Positions 1 through 8,937 of a stretch of DNA of 41,906 bases are shown here, piece by piece. The first letter of the stretch is position 1; every line of letters begins with the position of its first letter. The translations under genes and the position numbers were made by a program. The DNA is from Gemmatimonadota bacterium (GTDB lineage Bacteria > Gemmatimonadota > Gemmatimonadetes > Palauibacterales > KS3-K002): assembly GCA_039586795.1 (NCBI GenBank), contig JBDHJS010000033.1, positions 1 to 41,906 on the forward strand, read 5' to 3'. The notes beneath the pieces were generated by a model. That model was not told where the DNA came from. It was given only the letters and a program-made list of their open reading frames with translations, and searched no databases.

Positions 1-513
1 GCGCGCGCGGTGACGATGAGCACGAACCGTAGCCGGGCTCACGCCGAGCATCTCCGCCACCTCGTTGCCGTCGAAGCCTTCGATGTCGCAGAGCCGAAGA
101 CAAGCGCGTTGCATTGGCGGAAGGATGTCGAGGCCGCGCTGAATCTCCTCACGCAGCTCTGCACGTTCCGCCAGATCCTCCGGATCGACGGTATCGGCTG
201 GCAGCTCGTCCGGTACCGGGATCGCCGACCACCGGGCATTACGCTCCGCGGCGTTCCGACCCACGTTCCGCAGGATCGTGAAGAACCAGGGTCGAAACGG
301 CCGGCTCTCGTCGAACGATGGGAGCGCGCGTAGGGCGCGGTGAAAGGCATCCTGCACGAGGTCCTCCGCATCATCCCGGGTCGGTGCGAACTCCCAGGCG
401 ACAGCCAGCGACTGCCGGAGGTAACGGCGCACCAGGGCGCCGAAGGCTTCGCGGTTTCCCCGTCGCGCCCGAATGACCAGCTGGGTGTCCGAGACATGAT
501 CTGTTTCGCTCAT
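1..513 (-). CDS. ECF-type RNA polymerase sigma-70 factor (3' end runs off the window)
   Basis: Not in the ORF track; translated by hand from ATG at 513: MSETDHVSDTQLVIRARRGNREAFGALVRRY...DAEDLVQDAF...FRPWFFTILRN (region 2) ...LPPMQRACLRLCDIEGFDGNEVAEMLGVSPATVRAHRHRAR (region 4 HTH). Confidence 0.92.
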   Translation of the reverse strand, partial: MSETDHVSDTQLVIRARRGNREAFGALVRRYLRQSLAVAWEFAPTRDDAEDLVQDAFHRALRALPSFDESRPFRPWFFTILRNVGRNAAERNARWSAIPVPDELPADTVDPEDLAERAELREEIQRGLDILPPMQRACLRLCDIEGFDGNEVAEMLGVSPATVRAHRHRAR

Positions 514-692
514 CGCCGTCAGAGTTAGCGTCTTTGCGGCTTCTTGAACAGTACAGCTGAAGGGGGCACAGCGTTTACACGGGTTCCCGAGTCACCTGAC
601 TTGACCTGACCGGAGCCGTCCGTCTATCTTCGCGCGTTCTTCCTCTGGACCTCCAGAAGGGCCTGGTATCCGGTGCTCCCAATCCGGGAGGG

Positions 693-1607
693 ATGATGCT
701 CCGTCAAGTTTCCGCCAGCTTATTGATACTCCTCGCAGCGCTGGGCAGCGCGCCGGCGGCGGCCCAACAGGATTCGGCGCCGAGCGTCTTGCTCGTTGTC
801 GCACATCCGGATGACGAGGCGATGTTCGCGGCCAGCGTATACAAGATCACCCACACGTTAGGTGGCACAGTCGACCTTGCGACGATCACCGACGGCAGCG
901 GTGGCTTCCGCTACTCGCAGCTCGCCGAACCGATCTACGGCCTGAAACTCACGGATGAAGCGGTGGCCCGGGAACACCTACCAGCGATTCGCAAGAAGGA
1001 GCTGGAAGCCGGCGGCGCGATCATCGGCATCCGTAGCCATTTCTACCTGGACCAGTTCGATAACGCGTACACGGAGAACGTCGATACGATTCTCTCACAC
1101 GTTTGGGACGCCGACCAAGTTCGCGAACAGCTGCGTGAGATCATGACGCGCAACGACTACGACTTCGTCTTCGTTCACCTGCCCATCCCCAGATTCCACG
1201 CCCACCACGTGTCGTCGGCGATTCTGGCGCTGGAAGCGGCACGTGAGGTTCCTGACTCGCGGAAGCCTGTCGTTTTGGGCTGCTTTGTCGGTAATCGTGA
1301 CGGAAGCCAGGATCTCGTACCCGGAGACTACACAGGGCTTGAGGGCTATCCCATCACCGAGGTTCGGACTGACATACCGCTCTTAATCTTCGACCGCACC
1401 GAGACCCTCGACCCGAGCGGTCGGCTCAACTACCAGATCGTGGTCAACTGGCTCATCGCCGAGCACCGCACCCAGGGCACGATGCAGTTGCTCATGAACA
1501 TGGGCGACATCGAGCGGTTCTGGTTTTTCGAAGCGAATGATCCAGCGCAGCTAGAGCGGACCGAGGAGTTTTTCAACAGACTGGCGGTGCCGGTTTTCAA
1601 GCAGTAG
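693..1607 (+). CDS. Secreted PIG-L/LmbE family Zn-dependent deacetylase
   Basis: VLLVVAHPDDE motif, R..E..A helix, HAHH second His motif, N-terminal signal peptide (AAA-Q). Confidence 0.9.
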   Translation: MMLRQVSASLLILLAALGSAPAAAQQDSAPSVLLVVAHPDDEAMFAASVYKITHTLGGTVDLATITDGSGGFRYSQLAEPIYGLKLTDEAVAREHLPAIRKKELEAGGAIIGIRSHFYLDQFDNAYTENVDTILSHVWDADQVREQLREIMTRNDYDFVFVHLPIPRFHAHHVSSAILALEAAREVPDSRKPVVLGCFVGNRDGSQDLVPGDYTGLEGYPITEVRTDIPLLIFDRTETLDPSGRLNYQIVVNWLIAEHRTQGTMQLLMNMGDIERFWFFEANDPAQLERTEEFFNRLAVPVFKQ

Positions 1608-1642
1608 GCGGTAATGAGTGAGCCGCAATCAGTGATCAGAGG

Positions 1643-2761
1643 TCAGTAGCTGCTGACCCTGTAGATGGCGGCGTCGCGATATCCGGTGACAATGCGGTAG
1701 TAACCGCATAGGTGGGCGTCGGTTTCGGCGTCGCCGGTGTCCACGAGAAGGGGTTTTCCACGCAGGGTGGTTAGCTTCTCGGGTGTAGCGGCTATGATGA
1801 TGTTCTGTTTTCCAACCCTCCGTATCACCTCCGGCGAGATTTGCTGATTGCCTCGGCCGAGCACGAAGCCCTGGCCGCCCACCGGCGTGAGGATTAGGGC
1901 GCACGGGATGTCGGTGGTTTTCTCGAGAATCTCGCGCTCGCTGGCGTCTCTGGCGATCAGTTCTCCCGCACGCACGACGTCGACGCCGAGCAGGCTGTTG
2001 TCGAGGCCGAGTAGCTCCATGAGCGGTTGAAGCGTGGTCCCGGGACCCACGATGTAACAGCGGTCATCGGTCATGCACTCGCCGATGCCTGCGGCGATGG
2101 CCGCCTGGACGGCTCGATCGTGAAGCGCGCTGCCGGCCTTGGGACCTTGCAGCAGGCGTCGGGCATCGGGGATCTGCAGGTACCCGAACAAGCGCGCCGA
2201 AAGGACTTGGCGTCGATAGTCCTCTTCGTCAATGTCCATCACCTCCGCATCCTTCACGCGGGCGATAGCGCCTGACAGGAATGAAGCTGCCACCTGGCCG
2301 GCGGCTGACGGGCTGGACGCAAAGACGGCCGAGTGGATCTTAACACCCGCCGGAATCCCCAACGCGGTTGTCGACGTACCGATGGCCCCGCAAATGTCTC
2401 GGGCCGTGCCGTCACCGCCCGCGAACAGTAACAGATCGACGCCCCGCTCCGCCATTCGGCGTGCAGCTTCGACGGTGTCTTCGGGTGTAGTGCGAGGAGC
2501 GCCGCCAGAACCGATCACCTGCGGTTGTCGCCTGCAAGCGATCGCCGACGACTCGCCCATATCTCCGCCGTACGTGAGGAGCTCGACGTTGTCGTGACTT
2601 GCGAGAAGTGCCGTCACCGCTTGTTGGGCCCGGGCTTTGGCTTTGGGCGTTGCACCGAGTTGTTCAGCCCGCTCGAGTATCTCCACGCCGTCCGTGCCCT
2701 TAAGGCCGACGGCGCCGCCCATACCGGCGATCGGATTGACGATAAGGCCCACAGTCTTCAT
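1643..2761 (-). CDS. ATP-NAD kinase/AcoX family protein
   Basis: GLIVNPIAGMGG N-terminus, GGDGT motif, GIPAGVKIHSAVF, GQGFVLGRGNQQ; 12 bp downstream of gcvPB. Confidence 0.88.
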   Translation of the reverse strand: MKTVGLIVNPIAGMGGAVGLKGTDGVEILERAEQLGATPKAKARAQQAVTALLASHDNVELLTYGGDMGESSAIACRRQPQVIGSGGAPRTTPEDTVEAARRMAERGVDLLLFAGGDGTARDICGAIGTSTTALGIPAGVKIHSAVFASSPSAAGQVAASFLSGAIARVKDAEVMDIDEEDYRRQVLSARLFGYLQIPDARRLLQGPKAGSALHDRAVQAAIAAGIGECMTDDRCYIVGPGTTLQPLMELLGLDNSLLGVDVVRAGELIARDASEREILEKTTDIPCALILTPVGGQGFVLGRGNQQISPEVIRRVGKQNIIIAATPEKLTTLRGKPLLVDTGDAETDAHLCGYYRIVTGYRDAAIYRVSSY

Positions 2762-2773
2762 ACCGCTGGCCCT

Positions 2774-4351
2774 CTAGCCCCTTATCTTCGCCGCGGCTTC
2801 CCCACGCTTCTTAATGAAAGCCCGCCAAGTAATCGCCCACTTCTCGGGATCATCCAGCGGGCTGTCATCTATCTTGTGCACGACGCTGTTGTGTGGCGCG
2901 CGCTTTACGGTTTCGGGCTCCGTGCGCGCTTCCTGCACCACGTGTCGCAGCCCGTCCAGGTACTCGTCCAGCTCTTCCTTTGAATACGACTCGGTGGGCT
3001 CGATAGTGAACGGTTGCGGTACGACAAACGGATGGTGGCTTTGCCACAAGTGGAAGCCGAAATCGGCGAGCCGAAGCGTCACGTCGTGGGTGTCGACGCC
3101 GGTTTCTTCGTAGAGCTTCTGCCAGGAGTAGCGCACCTGCTCGATGCGATGCTTGCCGCCCGTATACGGTGAAGTCGCACCGTCGATCTCGGTGATCTTC
3201 TTGAGCAGGTAGTTGTTGTTGAGCACAGCGATGCGCGCCGCCTCCTTGAGGCCTTCAGCGCCCATGCTGAGAATCCACGACCACGACTTCAGGATCACAG
3301 GGAACGGTCCCCAGAAGCTGCGCACTTTGCCGATGGTGTGAGGCACGTCGAAGTCGAGGAAGTAGCGATCGCCGTCTCTTCCAACCAAGGGTACGGGGAG
3401 GAAGTCCGCCATCTCCTTCGTCGCGCCCAGCGCGCCGCCGCCCGGGCCGCCGCAACCATGAGGCGCGGCGAAGGTCTTGTGCAGGTTGAAGAAGCAGAGG
3501 TCAAAGTCGGCCTCCCGCGCCCGGGTGATGCCCATGATGCCGTTTGCGTTGGCCTGGTCGTACCCGCAGATGCCGCCGGCCTCGTGAACGATGCGCGTGA
3601 ACTCGGCGATCTTCGGGTTGAAGATCCCGATGTCCTCCGGATTGGTAATGAAGAGGCCCGCCGTACGCTCCGAAAGGGCGGCCTTCAGCGCCTCCAAATC
3701 GGGAAATCCCTGTTCGTCAGGATAGATCGTGATGATCTTGTACCCCTTCACCGCCGCCGCCGCGGCGTCGGAGGGATGAGAGAACATGGTCGTGATCAAC
3801 TCGTCTCGCGTATGCGCTTGGCCCCGCGATTCGTGATACTTGTGCATGATGGCGGCCATGGTGAGGATCGCGTGGGAGCCCGAGCTGGGTTGAAGCGAGA
3901 AACGATCCATCCCCGAGATCTCGCGCAGGAACAGCTCCAGCTCGTGCATGACGCGAAGCGCGCCCTGTACGGTGCTGACGTCCTGGTGCGGATGGATGGC
4001 CCGCGCCTTCGGCGACCCGGCGATCTTCTCGTTGATCTTTGGGTTGTACTTGATGGTGCAGGTACCCTGGCCGATGTCGATGTTCAGGTCGGCGCCCAGG
4101 TTCTGCTGGGAGAGGCGCAGGAAGTGCTTCAGCACTCGCATCTGACCCACTTCCGGCAGACCCAGCGATGTCTCGCGACGCATCGCCGCCGGAATCTTCG
4201 ACAGACCATCGCCCACAGAGTCGAAGATCTCCCTTTCGACTTCCGGCATGTGGATGCCCCGTTCGCCGGGAGTGCTGAGCTCGAAGATCACTTCCTCGTC
4301 CCACTTGGCCTGGTGGAAATTCCGCAGCCGACTTCCCTTCTGTATCTTCAT
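2774..4351 (-). CDS. gcvPB: Glycine dehydrogenase (P-protein) subunit 2, divergent
   Basis: GTCTIKYNPK, ITNP, DQAN, NLHKTF..PHG.GGPG (PLP lysine), IEPTES.SKEELD, APH. Confidence 0.88.
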   Translation of the reverse strand: MKIQKGSRLRNFHQAKWDEEVIFELSTPGERGIHMPEVEREIFDSVGDGLSKIPAAMRRETSLGLPEVGQMRVLKHFLRLSQQNLGADLNIDIGQGTCTIKYNPKINEKIAGSPKARAIHPHQDVSTVQGALRVMHELELFLREISGMDRFSLQPSSGSHAILTMAAIMHKYHESRGQAHTRDELITTMFSHPSDAAAAAVKGYKIITIYPDEQGFPDLEALKAALSERTAGLFITNPEDIGIFNPKIAEFTRIVHEAGGICGYDQANANGIMGITRAREADFDLCFFNLHKTFAAPHGCGGPGGGALGATKEMADFLPVPLVGRDGDRYFLDFDVPHTIGKVRSFWGPFPVILKSWSWILSMGAEGLKEAARIAVLNNNYLLKKITEIDGATSPYTGGKHRIEQVRYSWQKLYEETGVDTHDVTLRLADFGFHLWQSHHPFVVPQPFTIEPTESYSKEELDEYLDGLRHVVQEARTEPETVKRAPHNSVVHKIDDSPLDDPEKWAITWRAFIKKRGEAAAKIRG

Positions 4352-4363
4352 CTATGTGATCTC

Positions 4364-5755
4364 CTAGCTCAGAAGCGTTCCCAGTACATCCACCAGTCGA
4401 TCGATGTCTTGTCGACTCGTCATCTCGGTCACCGAGTAGAGGGCGCATCCCTTCAAGTCCTCGAAGTCGTCTCCAAGATCTTTCCCTCCGTAGATCCCTT
4501 CCTGCAGCAACGCGCCGTTAATCTCCCCGACGCTGCGACCCGTCTTCGAGATGTCGACGACGAACTCCTTGAAATGGAACGCGTCGAATCTGACCGCTAT
4601 ACCCTCGAACCCGGAGAGACGCTTGATCGCGTACTGCGACTTCTGGATGATGTTCTGATTCAACTCGCGCATCCCCTCGGGCCCGAGCAGCGACAGGTAG
4701 ACGGCCGCCGAGATCCCGTACAGTGCCGCGGCGGTGCCGACGAACTCCTTACCCTGCTCCCTCACCGCGAACGACGTGCGCTCATACGCCACATCGCCGA
4801 ACCCCCACTCCCCTTCCCGCTCCGTCTTCGTGATGCCGAACAGCCGCGACGGGTATTCCATCACGTATTTCTCTTCGTCCCGCGTTGCGATGAAGCCGCC
4901 CAACGCGCCACCGAAATACATGTGGTTGCCCAGATTCTGGATGTCGCCGCACGAGATGTCGGCGCCGTACTGACTGGGGGGCTTGAGCACGCCGAGCGAG
5001 ATCGGATCGACGCCAACGATGAAGATGCTCCCGTTGTTTTGCAGCGCGTCGGCGATTGCTTGACCCCGTTCTTCCACCGTTCCGAAATACGACGGATTTT
5101 CCAGGTAGAGCCCGGCCACCGAATCGTTCAGCTGCGTCTGAAGATCGTTTAGGTCGAGCGCCGCGGTTCCGCTCACGTGCTTCACCAAGACGATCTCCAT
5201 CACCGGCTCGCAGTATGTTCGGATCACTCTCAGCCGGTCGCGTGAGATCGTATCGGCGACGAGAATGACGTTTCGCCCCGTGATGCGACCGGCCATACGG
5301 ATCGACGTGCTGGCCGCCTGACCCCAATCGTAGGTCGGCACGTTCACCACATCGGTCTCCAGCAGTTCGCCCATCAGGCTCTGATACTCGAACAGCGCCT
5401 GGAAGCGGCCGTGATCTTCATACGGCTCGCCGGCGTAGGCGGTGAGAAACTCGGCGCGTCCGATTATCTCCTCGCAGATGGCCGGGACATAGTGTCGATA
5501 GCAGCCGCTGCCCAAGAAGCTGATCCGCTCACCGCAGGTCTGATTCGCGGACAACACGTCCTCCACGTGACGAATCAGTTCCATCTCAGAAGTGATGCCC
5601 TCGGGGATGTTCAGTTTTCCCTTGAAGCGAAGTTCTTCCGGGATGTCGTCGTAGAGCTCATCGACGTCGGCGACGCCGATCTCCGCCAACATCCGGGCCT
5701 TCACTTCGGGGACAGAGTTTGGGATATAGGGATGGATCCTATCGCGTCCCGGCAT
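4364..5755 (-). CDS. gcvPA: Glycine dehydrogenase (P-protein) subunit 1, divergent
   Basis: HPYIPN, FLGSGCYRHYVP, EFLTAY, QALFEYQS, ENPSYFG, PSRLFG. Start reassigned to ATG 5755, preceded by a GGAGG RBS. Confidence 0.88.
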   Translation of the reverse strand: MPGRDRIHPYIPNSVPEVKARMLAEIGVADVDELYDDIPEELRFKGKLNIPEGITSEMELIRHVEDVLSANQTCGERISFLGSGCYRHYVPAICEEIIGRAEFLTAYAGEPYEDHGRFQALFEYQSLMGELLETDVVNVPTYDWGQAASTSIRMAGRITGRNVILVADTISRDRLRVIRTYCEPVMEIVLVKHVSGTAALDLNDLQTQLNDSVAGLYLENPSYFGTVEERGQAIADALQNNGSIFIVGVDPISLGVLKPPSQYGADISCGDIQNLGNHMYFGGALGGFIATRDEEKYVMEYPSRLFGITKTEREGEWGFGDVAYERTSFAVREQGKEFVGTAAALYGISAAVYLSLLGPEGMRELNQNIIQKSQYAIKRLSGFEGIAVRFDAFHFKEFVVDISKTGRSVGEINGALLQEGIYGGKDLGDDFEDLKGCALYSVTEMTSRQDIDRLVDVLGTLLS

Positions 5756-5882
5756 CTTCGACACCTCCGTCGAGTCGAACACGTATGTGTGAGAGAGCCT
5801 ATCGCCCGGCCAATATGCCGAGGATGCTCGCACCGATCAACGCGGACACGGACAACGCCCGCCAGGTATCTGGGATAGCAAT

Positions 5883-6611
5883 ATGAGAACGCCACGCCCC
5901 GCATATGCCCTGACCGTTGCCTGCCTTCTCGTTTCGTCGGCCTTCATCTGCAACGATTCAACGTCCCCGGCGCAGCGGGGCGCCGTGGACGGCCCACCCG
6001 TGACGAGAAGTGAGGCCATAACGACGGCCCAGCGGTACGCGACGGTTACCTGGACGATGAGTGCACAGAACCGCACCGGCATCACGTGCGGGGGGACGTT
6101 CACCAGCAACTATCAAGTCGGCCCCAGAACGGGAGTGGGTTACAAGTGGGGTGGGTGGACCGACGTCGATGAGTTCGTCGAGAAGATCTCCGTGGGCTAC
6201 GCGACGGGAACGGGAGGCGGTCTGTCGTACCGGACCATCCCGTTCGATTGCATGGTTGGCGTCTCGTGCACCGGCCTCGTCTCGCGGGCCTGGCACCTGG
6301 ATCACAAGTACACGCTGAACTACGCCGACCCTGACATCCCCAGGAAGTTCCAGGAGATCACCCACGTCATCGAGGGAGTGGACATCGGCGCCGGCCGGGT
6401 CTCGGAGATCAAGAAGGGCGACGCCCTCATCAACGACTATCACATCATGCTGTTCGTCTACGAGACATCGGGCGGGACGCCGTGGATCATAGACTCGACG
6501 GCGGAAGGCGTCAGGTTCCGCCCGGTCTCGTGGAGCGCTCTGGCCGCAGACGGATACACAGCGATCCGATACAACAACATCGTTGAAGACGACGGTTCTA
6601 CCAGCCCCTGA
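5883..6611 (+). CDS. Exported NlpC/P60-like (papain-fold) cysteine hydrolase
   Basis: Y.WGG, GVSCTGLVSRAW (cf. G.DCSG.V), KGDAL...HIML; hydrophobic N-terminus. Confidence 0.65.
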   Translation: MRTPRPAYALTVACLLVSSAFICNDSTSPAQRGAVDGPPVTRSEAITTAQRYATVTWTMSAQNRTGITCGGTFTSNYQVGPRTGVGYKWGGWTDVDEFVEKISVGYATGTGGGLSYRTIPFDCMVGVSCTGLVSRAWHLDHKYTLNYADPDIPRKFQEITHVIEGVDIGAGRVSEIKKGDALINDYHIMLFVYETSGGTPWIIDSTAEGVRFRPVSWSALAADGYTAIRYNNIVEDDGSTSP

Positions 6612-6756
6612 TCACAAGTTCTCGCAGCAACCTCGATAATCTCCAGCCCCACTCCGTCAGCGTCAGGCAACGGCCATGCTTGCCTGCCCCCGCATCATGC
6701 CGCACCTTTTCCGTCCTCACCAAACGAGCCGAATTGCCTGAGCCAAGGAGGACACC

Positions 6757-7194
6757 ATGGGCGGGATCAACGTCACGCGCTGGCTGATGGGAGGTATCGC
6801 TGCGGGTATCCTGATATGGGCCATGGAAGGGGCAGGCGCCATGTTCTACATGGGCGACATGGAAGCCGCCCTCGCCGCCCACAACATGTCCATGGAGATG
6901 TCGGCAGGTGTCTGGGTCCTGACCGTCGTGGTCAGCCTGATCGTCGGCCTGACATTGATGTTCTTCTACGCTGCCGTAAGGCCCCGTTTCGGGCCCGGCC
7001 CCAAGACGGCCATACTGGTGGCGCTCGTCATCTGGGTCAGCAGTTACCTGCTTTCTTTGATTGGCTATAACATGATCGGCCTGTATCCAACGACAATGTT
7101 GGCGCTGTGGGGACTGATCGGTCTCATCGAGCTGATTGTTGCTGCACTCGTTGGTGGCTGGATCTATCGCGAGGGTGAGTCGGCGGCGGCGTGA
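6757..7194 (+). CDS. Small integral membrane protein (about 4 TM helices), unknown function
   Basis: AAGGAGG RBS, hydrophobic helices, RPRFGPGPKTA loop, followed by a hairpin. Confidence 0.8.
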   Translation: MGGINVTRWLMGGIAAGILIWAMEGAGAMFYMGDMEAALAAHNMSMEMSAGVWVLTVVVSLIVGLTLMFFYAAVRPRFGPGPKTAILVALVIWVSSYLLSLIGYNMIGLYPTTMLALWGLIGLIELIVAALVGGWIYREGESAAA

Positions 7195-7210
7195 GCTACC
7201 TTCAGCATCA

Positions 7211-7246
7211 AGTGCCGGGTAGCTGCATTGGCGGCTACCCGGCACT
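7211..7246. terminator. Hairpin between convergent genes (putative bidirectional terminator)
   Basis: AGTGCCGGGTAGC (7211-7223) / GCTACCCGGCACT (7234-7246), perfect 13-bp stem extendable by 3 bp; no strong U-tract. Confidence 0.7.
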
Positions 7247-7265
7247 GAGTTCCTAAGTTGGGCTG

Positions 7266-8549
7266 CTACCTCCGCAGTTTGAAGTCCGTGCCGTACGCAG
7301 CGTTGATGCGATCGTAGATCCGTTGGTCCACCTCGAAGGCCTCCACCAGCTTGCGCGAGGCGATCTCTTCGGACACGAAGACCATCTGCGACTGATCGAT
7401 GTCAGGGCTGGGGTACGCCTTGGGCGGCGGCCAGACATCCGGGTTGAAGTGAACTTCCCGTACCCGAATTTCGTCCTTCGTGACATTCCACACCATGTAG
7501 TCGTTCGCCATGGTCAGCGGACCATTATAGGTGCTGCGGATGCCCAGCCCGATACGCTCCCGCGTGTCGAAGTCGTTGAAGAAGTGATAAGCGACGGCCA
7601 TGCGCGGCTCGACCAGGCTCATGACTTTTCCGAAAGCTTCGGGCGACGTGTGAATCCCCACGCCGATCTCCAGCGCCAGGCCCGGCGGGAATTTGAACTT
7701 CGCGATGTAGTCCTCCACCGCCATCATCGCTTCATGGACGACGAGGTCCGCGTTCTTCGAGTACTCCACGAACCACTGGTTGGGATACGTGTCGCCACCG
7801 AAGACGAAGCTCAGCCCGTTCCAGTCGAGACGGTAGCTGACCGAGCCGTCGATTCCGTGGATTGCCGGGTAAGACCTGATCGTCACTCCGTTCTCCTGAT
7901 AGACGACCTGGTACTCACCCTTGTAGTCGAACTCGGTGATCTGCAGCTCGCCGCCGGTGGCCGGCAGCCGTCCAGCGCGGTTCGTGATGTCCCAGTTGAG
8001 CGCCTTCTGCCAGTGCTCCAGAGCGTACTTGGTACCCAGCTCGGGTGTGTCCCCGCTGGGGCCCCAAACTCGCAACGGCCGCGACCGTCCCGCGACCCAG
8101 CCGCCGATGTAGTAGGCCGCGAAATCGCCGAAGTGGTCGGTGTGCAGGTGGCTGATGAAGATCTTGTCGAGAAAGTCGTACGGGATCTCGAGACTCCCGA
8201 TGCGCACGTGGGAGCCCGTACCCGAGTCGAAGATGAACTTGTCGCCATTGCCCAGCTCGACCAGGAAGCAGGCGGCGGCCTGTGACTCCCGCGCCGTCGG
8301 CATGCCGGTCCCACAGGCGATGACGCGCATCTCGTCCGGCGCCAGCTCCTCGCTGTTGGGGAAGTAAGCGTCACGCTCGCGTGCGTCGGTGGGGCTCACC
8401 AGCTGCTGATCCTGCTGCGCCAGAGCCACGGACGCGAGTGCGATGTCTTTTCCCCTGGCATGATCTGTGTAGCCCTGCAAGTAGGCGAATCCTGCTACCA
8501 CAGCGACGATCGCCATGCCGGCCAGGACCTTCATCGTCCGTTTCACCAT
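7266..8549 (-). CDS. Exported RNase Z/arylsulfatase-like MBL-fold metallo-hydrolase (GntH-like)
   Basis: CGTGMP, FIFDSGTG, SHLHTDH, AIH, GGDT, HEA, HTSPEAFG, YHF motifs. Start reassigned to ATG 8549 with GAGGAG RBS; N-terminal hydrophobic segment. Confidence 0.88.
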   Translation of the reverse strand: MVKRTMKVLAGMAIVAVVAGFAYLQGYTDHARGKDIALASVALAQQDQQLVSPTDARERDAYFPNSEELAPDEMRVIACGTGMPTARESQAAACFLVELGNGDKFIFDSGTGSHVRIGSLEIPYDFLDKIFISHLHTDHFGDFAAYYIGGWVAGRSRPLRVWGPSGDTPELGTKYALEHWQKALNWDITNRAGRLPATGGELQITEFDYKGEYQVVYQENGVTIRSYPAIHGIDGSVSYRLDWNGLSFVFGGDTYPNQWFVEYSKNADLVVHEAMMAVEDYIAKFKFPPGLALEIGVGIHTSPEAFGKVMSLVEPRMAVAYHFFNDFDTRERIGLGIRSTYNGPLTMANDYMVWNVTKDEIRVREVHFNPDVWPPPKAYPSPDIDQSQMVFVSEEIASRKLVEAFEVDQRIYDRINAAYGTDFKLRR

Positions 8550-8619
8550 ACGAGTCTCCTCTTCTGTAGAACGGCCTTCTCTTTCGCAATCGTAGGTTAT
8601 TCGTGTCCGCGGATAAGTT

Positions 8620-8656
8620 AAGTCAGGGCACCCCCAACCTGAAGGTGCCCTGACTT
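8620..8656 (-). terminator. 13-bp hairpin downstream of the MBL paralog relic
   Basis: AAGTCAGGGCACC (8620-8632) / GGTGCCCTGACTT (8644-8656). Confidence 0.6.
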
Positions 8657-8698
8657 CGGAAGAGTTGTTACCGTCTGTTGCGAACCCGCCGCCTTCAC

Positions 8699-8785
8699 CC
8701 GCGGCTCGACGTTGGTGCCGTAGCGCGCATTGATGCGGTCGTAGACCGATTGGTTCGCTTCGAGCACCCCGTCCCAGGCCCGGCC
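8699..8785 (-). pseudogene. C-terminal relic of a paralog of the adjacent MBL hydrolase
   Basis: Reads GRAWDGVLEANQSVYDRINARYGTNVEPR versus VEAFEVDQRIYDRINAAYGTDFKLRR at the end of 7266-8549; in-frame stop just upstream. Confidence 0.75.
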
Positions 8786-8810
8786 TGAACCACGTCCGAG
8801 AGTTCTTCAT

Positions 8811-8921
8811 GATGCTCAGGAGATCACTGATCACTTCATGATAGAGGCCGGGCTCGGCATCGAGTTTGTTCTAGACGAAACAGTCCCGCTGGCAGGCGCT
8901 CGAGTCATCTACTCGTTTTGA
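8811..8921 (+). pseudogene. C-terminal relic of a probable outer-membrane beta-barrel gene
   Basis: Reads DAQEITDHFMIEAGLGIEFVLDETVPLAGARVIYSF*: alternating hydrophobic strands and terminal Y-x-F beta-signal; no signal peptide. Confidence 0.45.
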
Positions 8922-8937
8922 CGGCCGCGGCTTCCCG

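Noticed and set aside
10..528. Short ORFs in the track at the window start
   Set aside because: Shadows of the minus-strand ECF sigma factor, which the track missed because it lacks a stop in the window.
3338..5152. 604-aa plus-strand ORF, and similar long ORFs (7323-8285, 19273-20364, 26517-27632)
   Set aside because: Antisense shadows of well-supported genes in high-GC DNA; no motifs.
5756..5882. Glycine riboswitch upstream of gcvPA
   Set aside because: The intergenic region is only 127 bp and shows no recognisable aptamer.
6612..6670. Minus-strand DADGVGLEIIE resembling a glyoxalase/VOC C-terminal motif
   Set aside because: Only about 11 residues of similarity; insufficient.
7266..8549. 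Guanitoxin biosynthesis cluster
   Set aside because: Only family-level resemblance to GntH; no other pathway genes present.
8550..8834. N-terminal extension of the MBL hydrolase, and similar extensions of gcvPA, the ATPase, the permease, padR and ntrC
   Set aside because: Better starts with RBS or stop/start overlap lie downstream; the extensions cross hairpins, relics or other genes.
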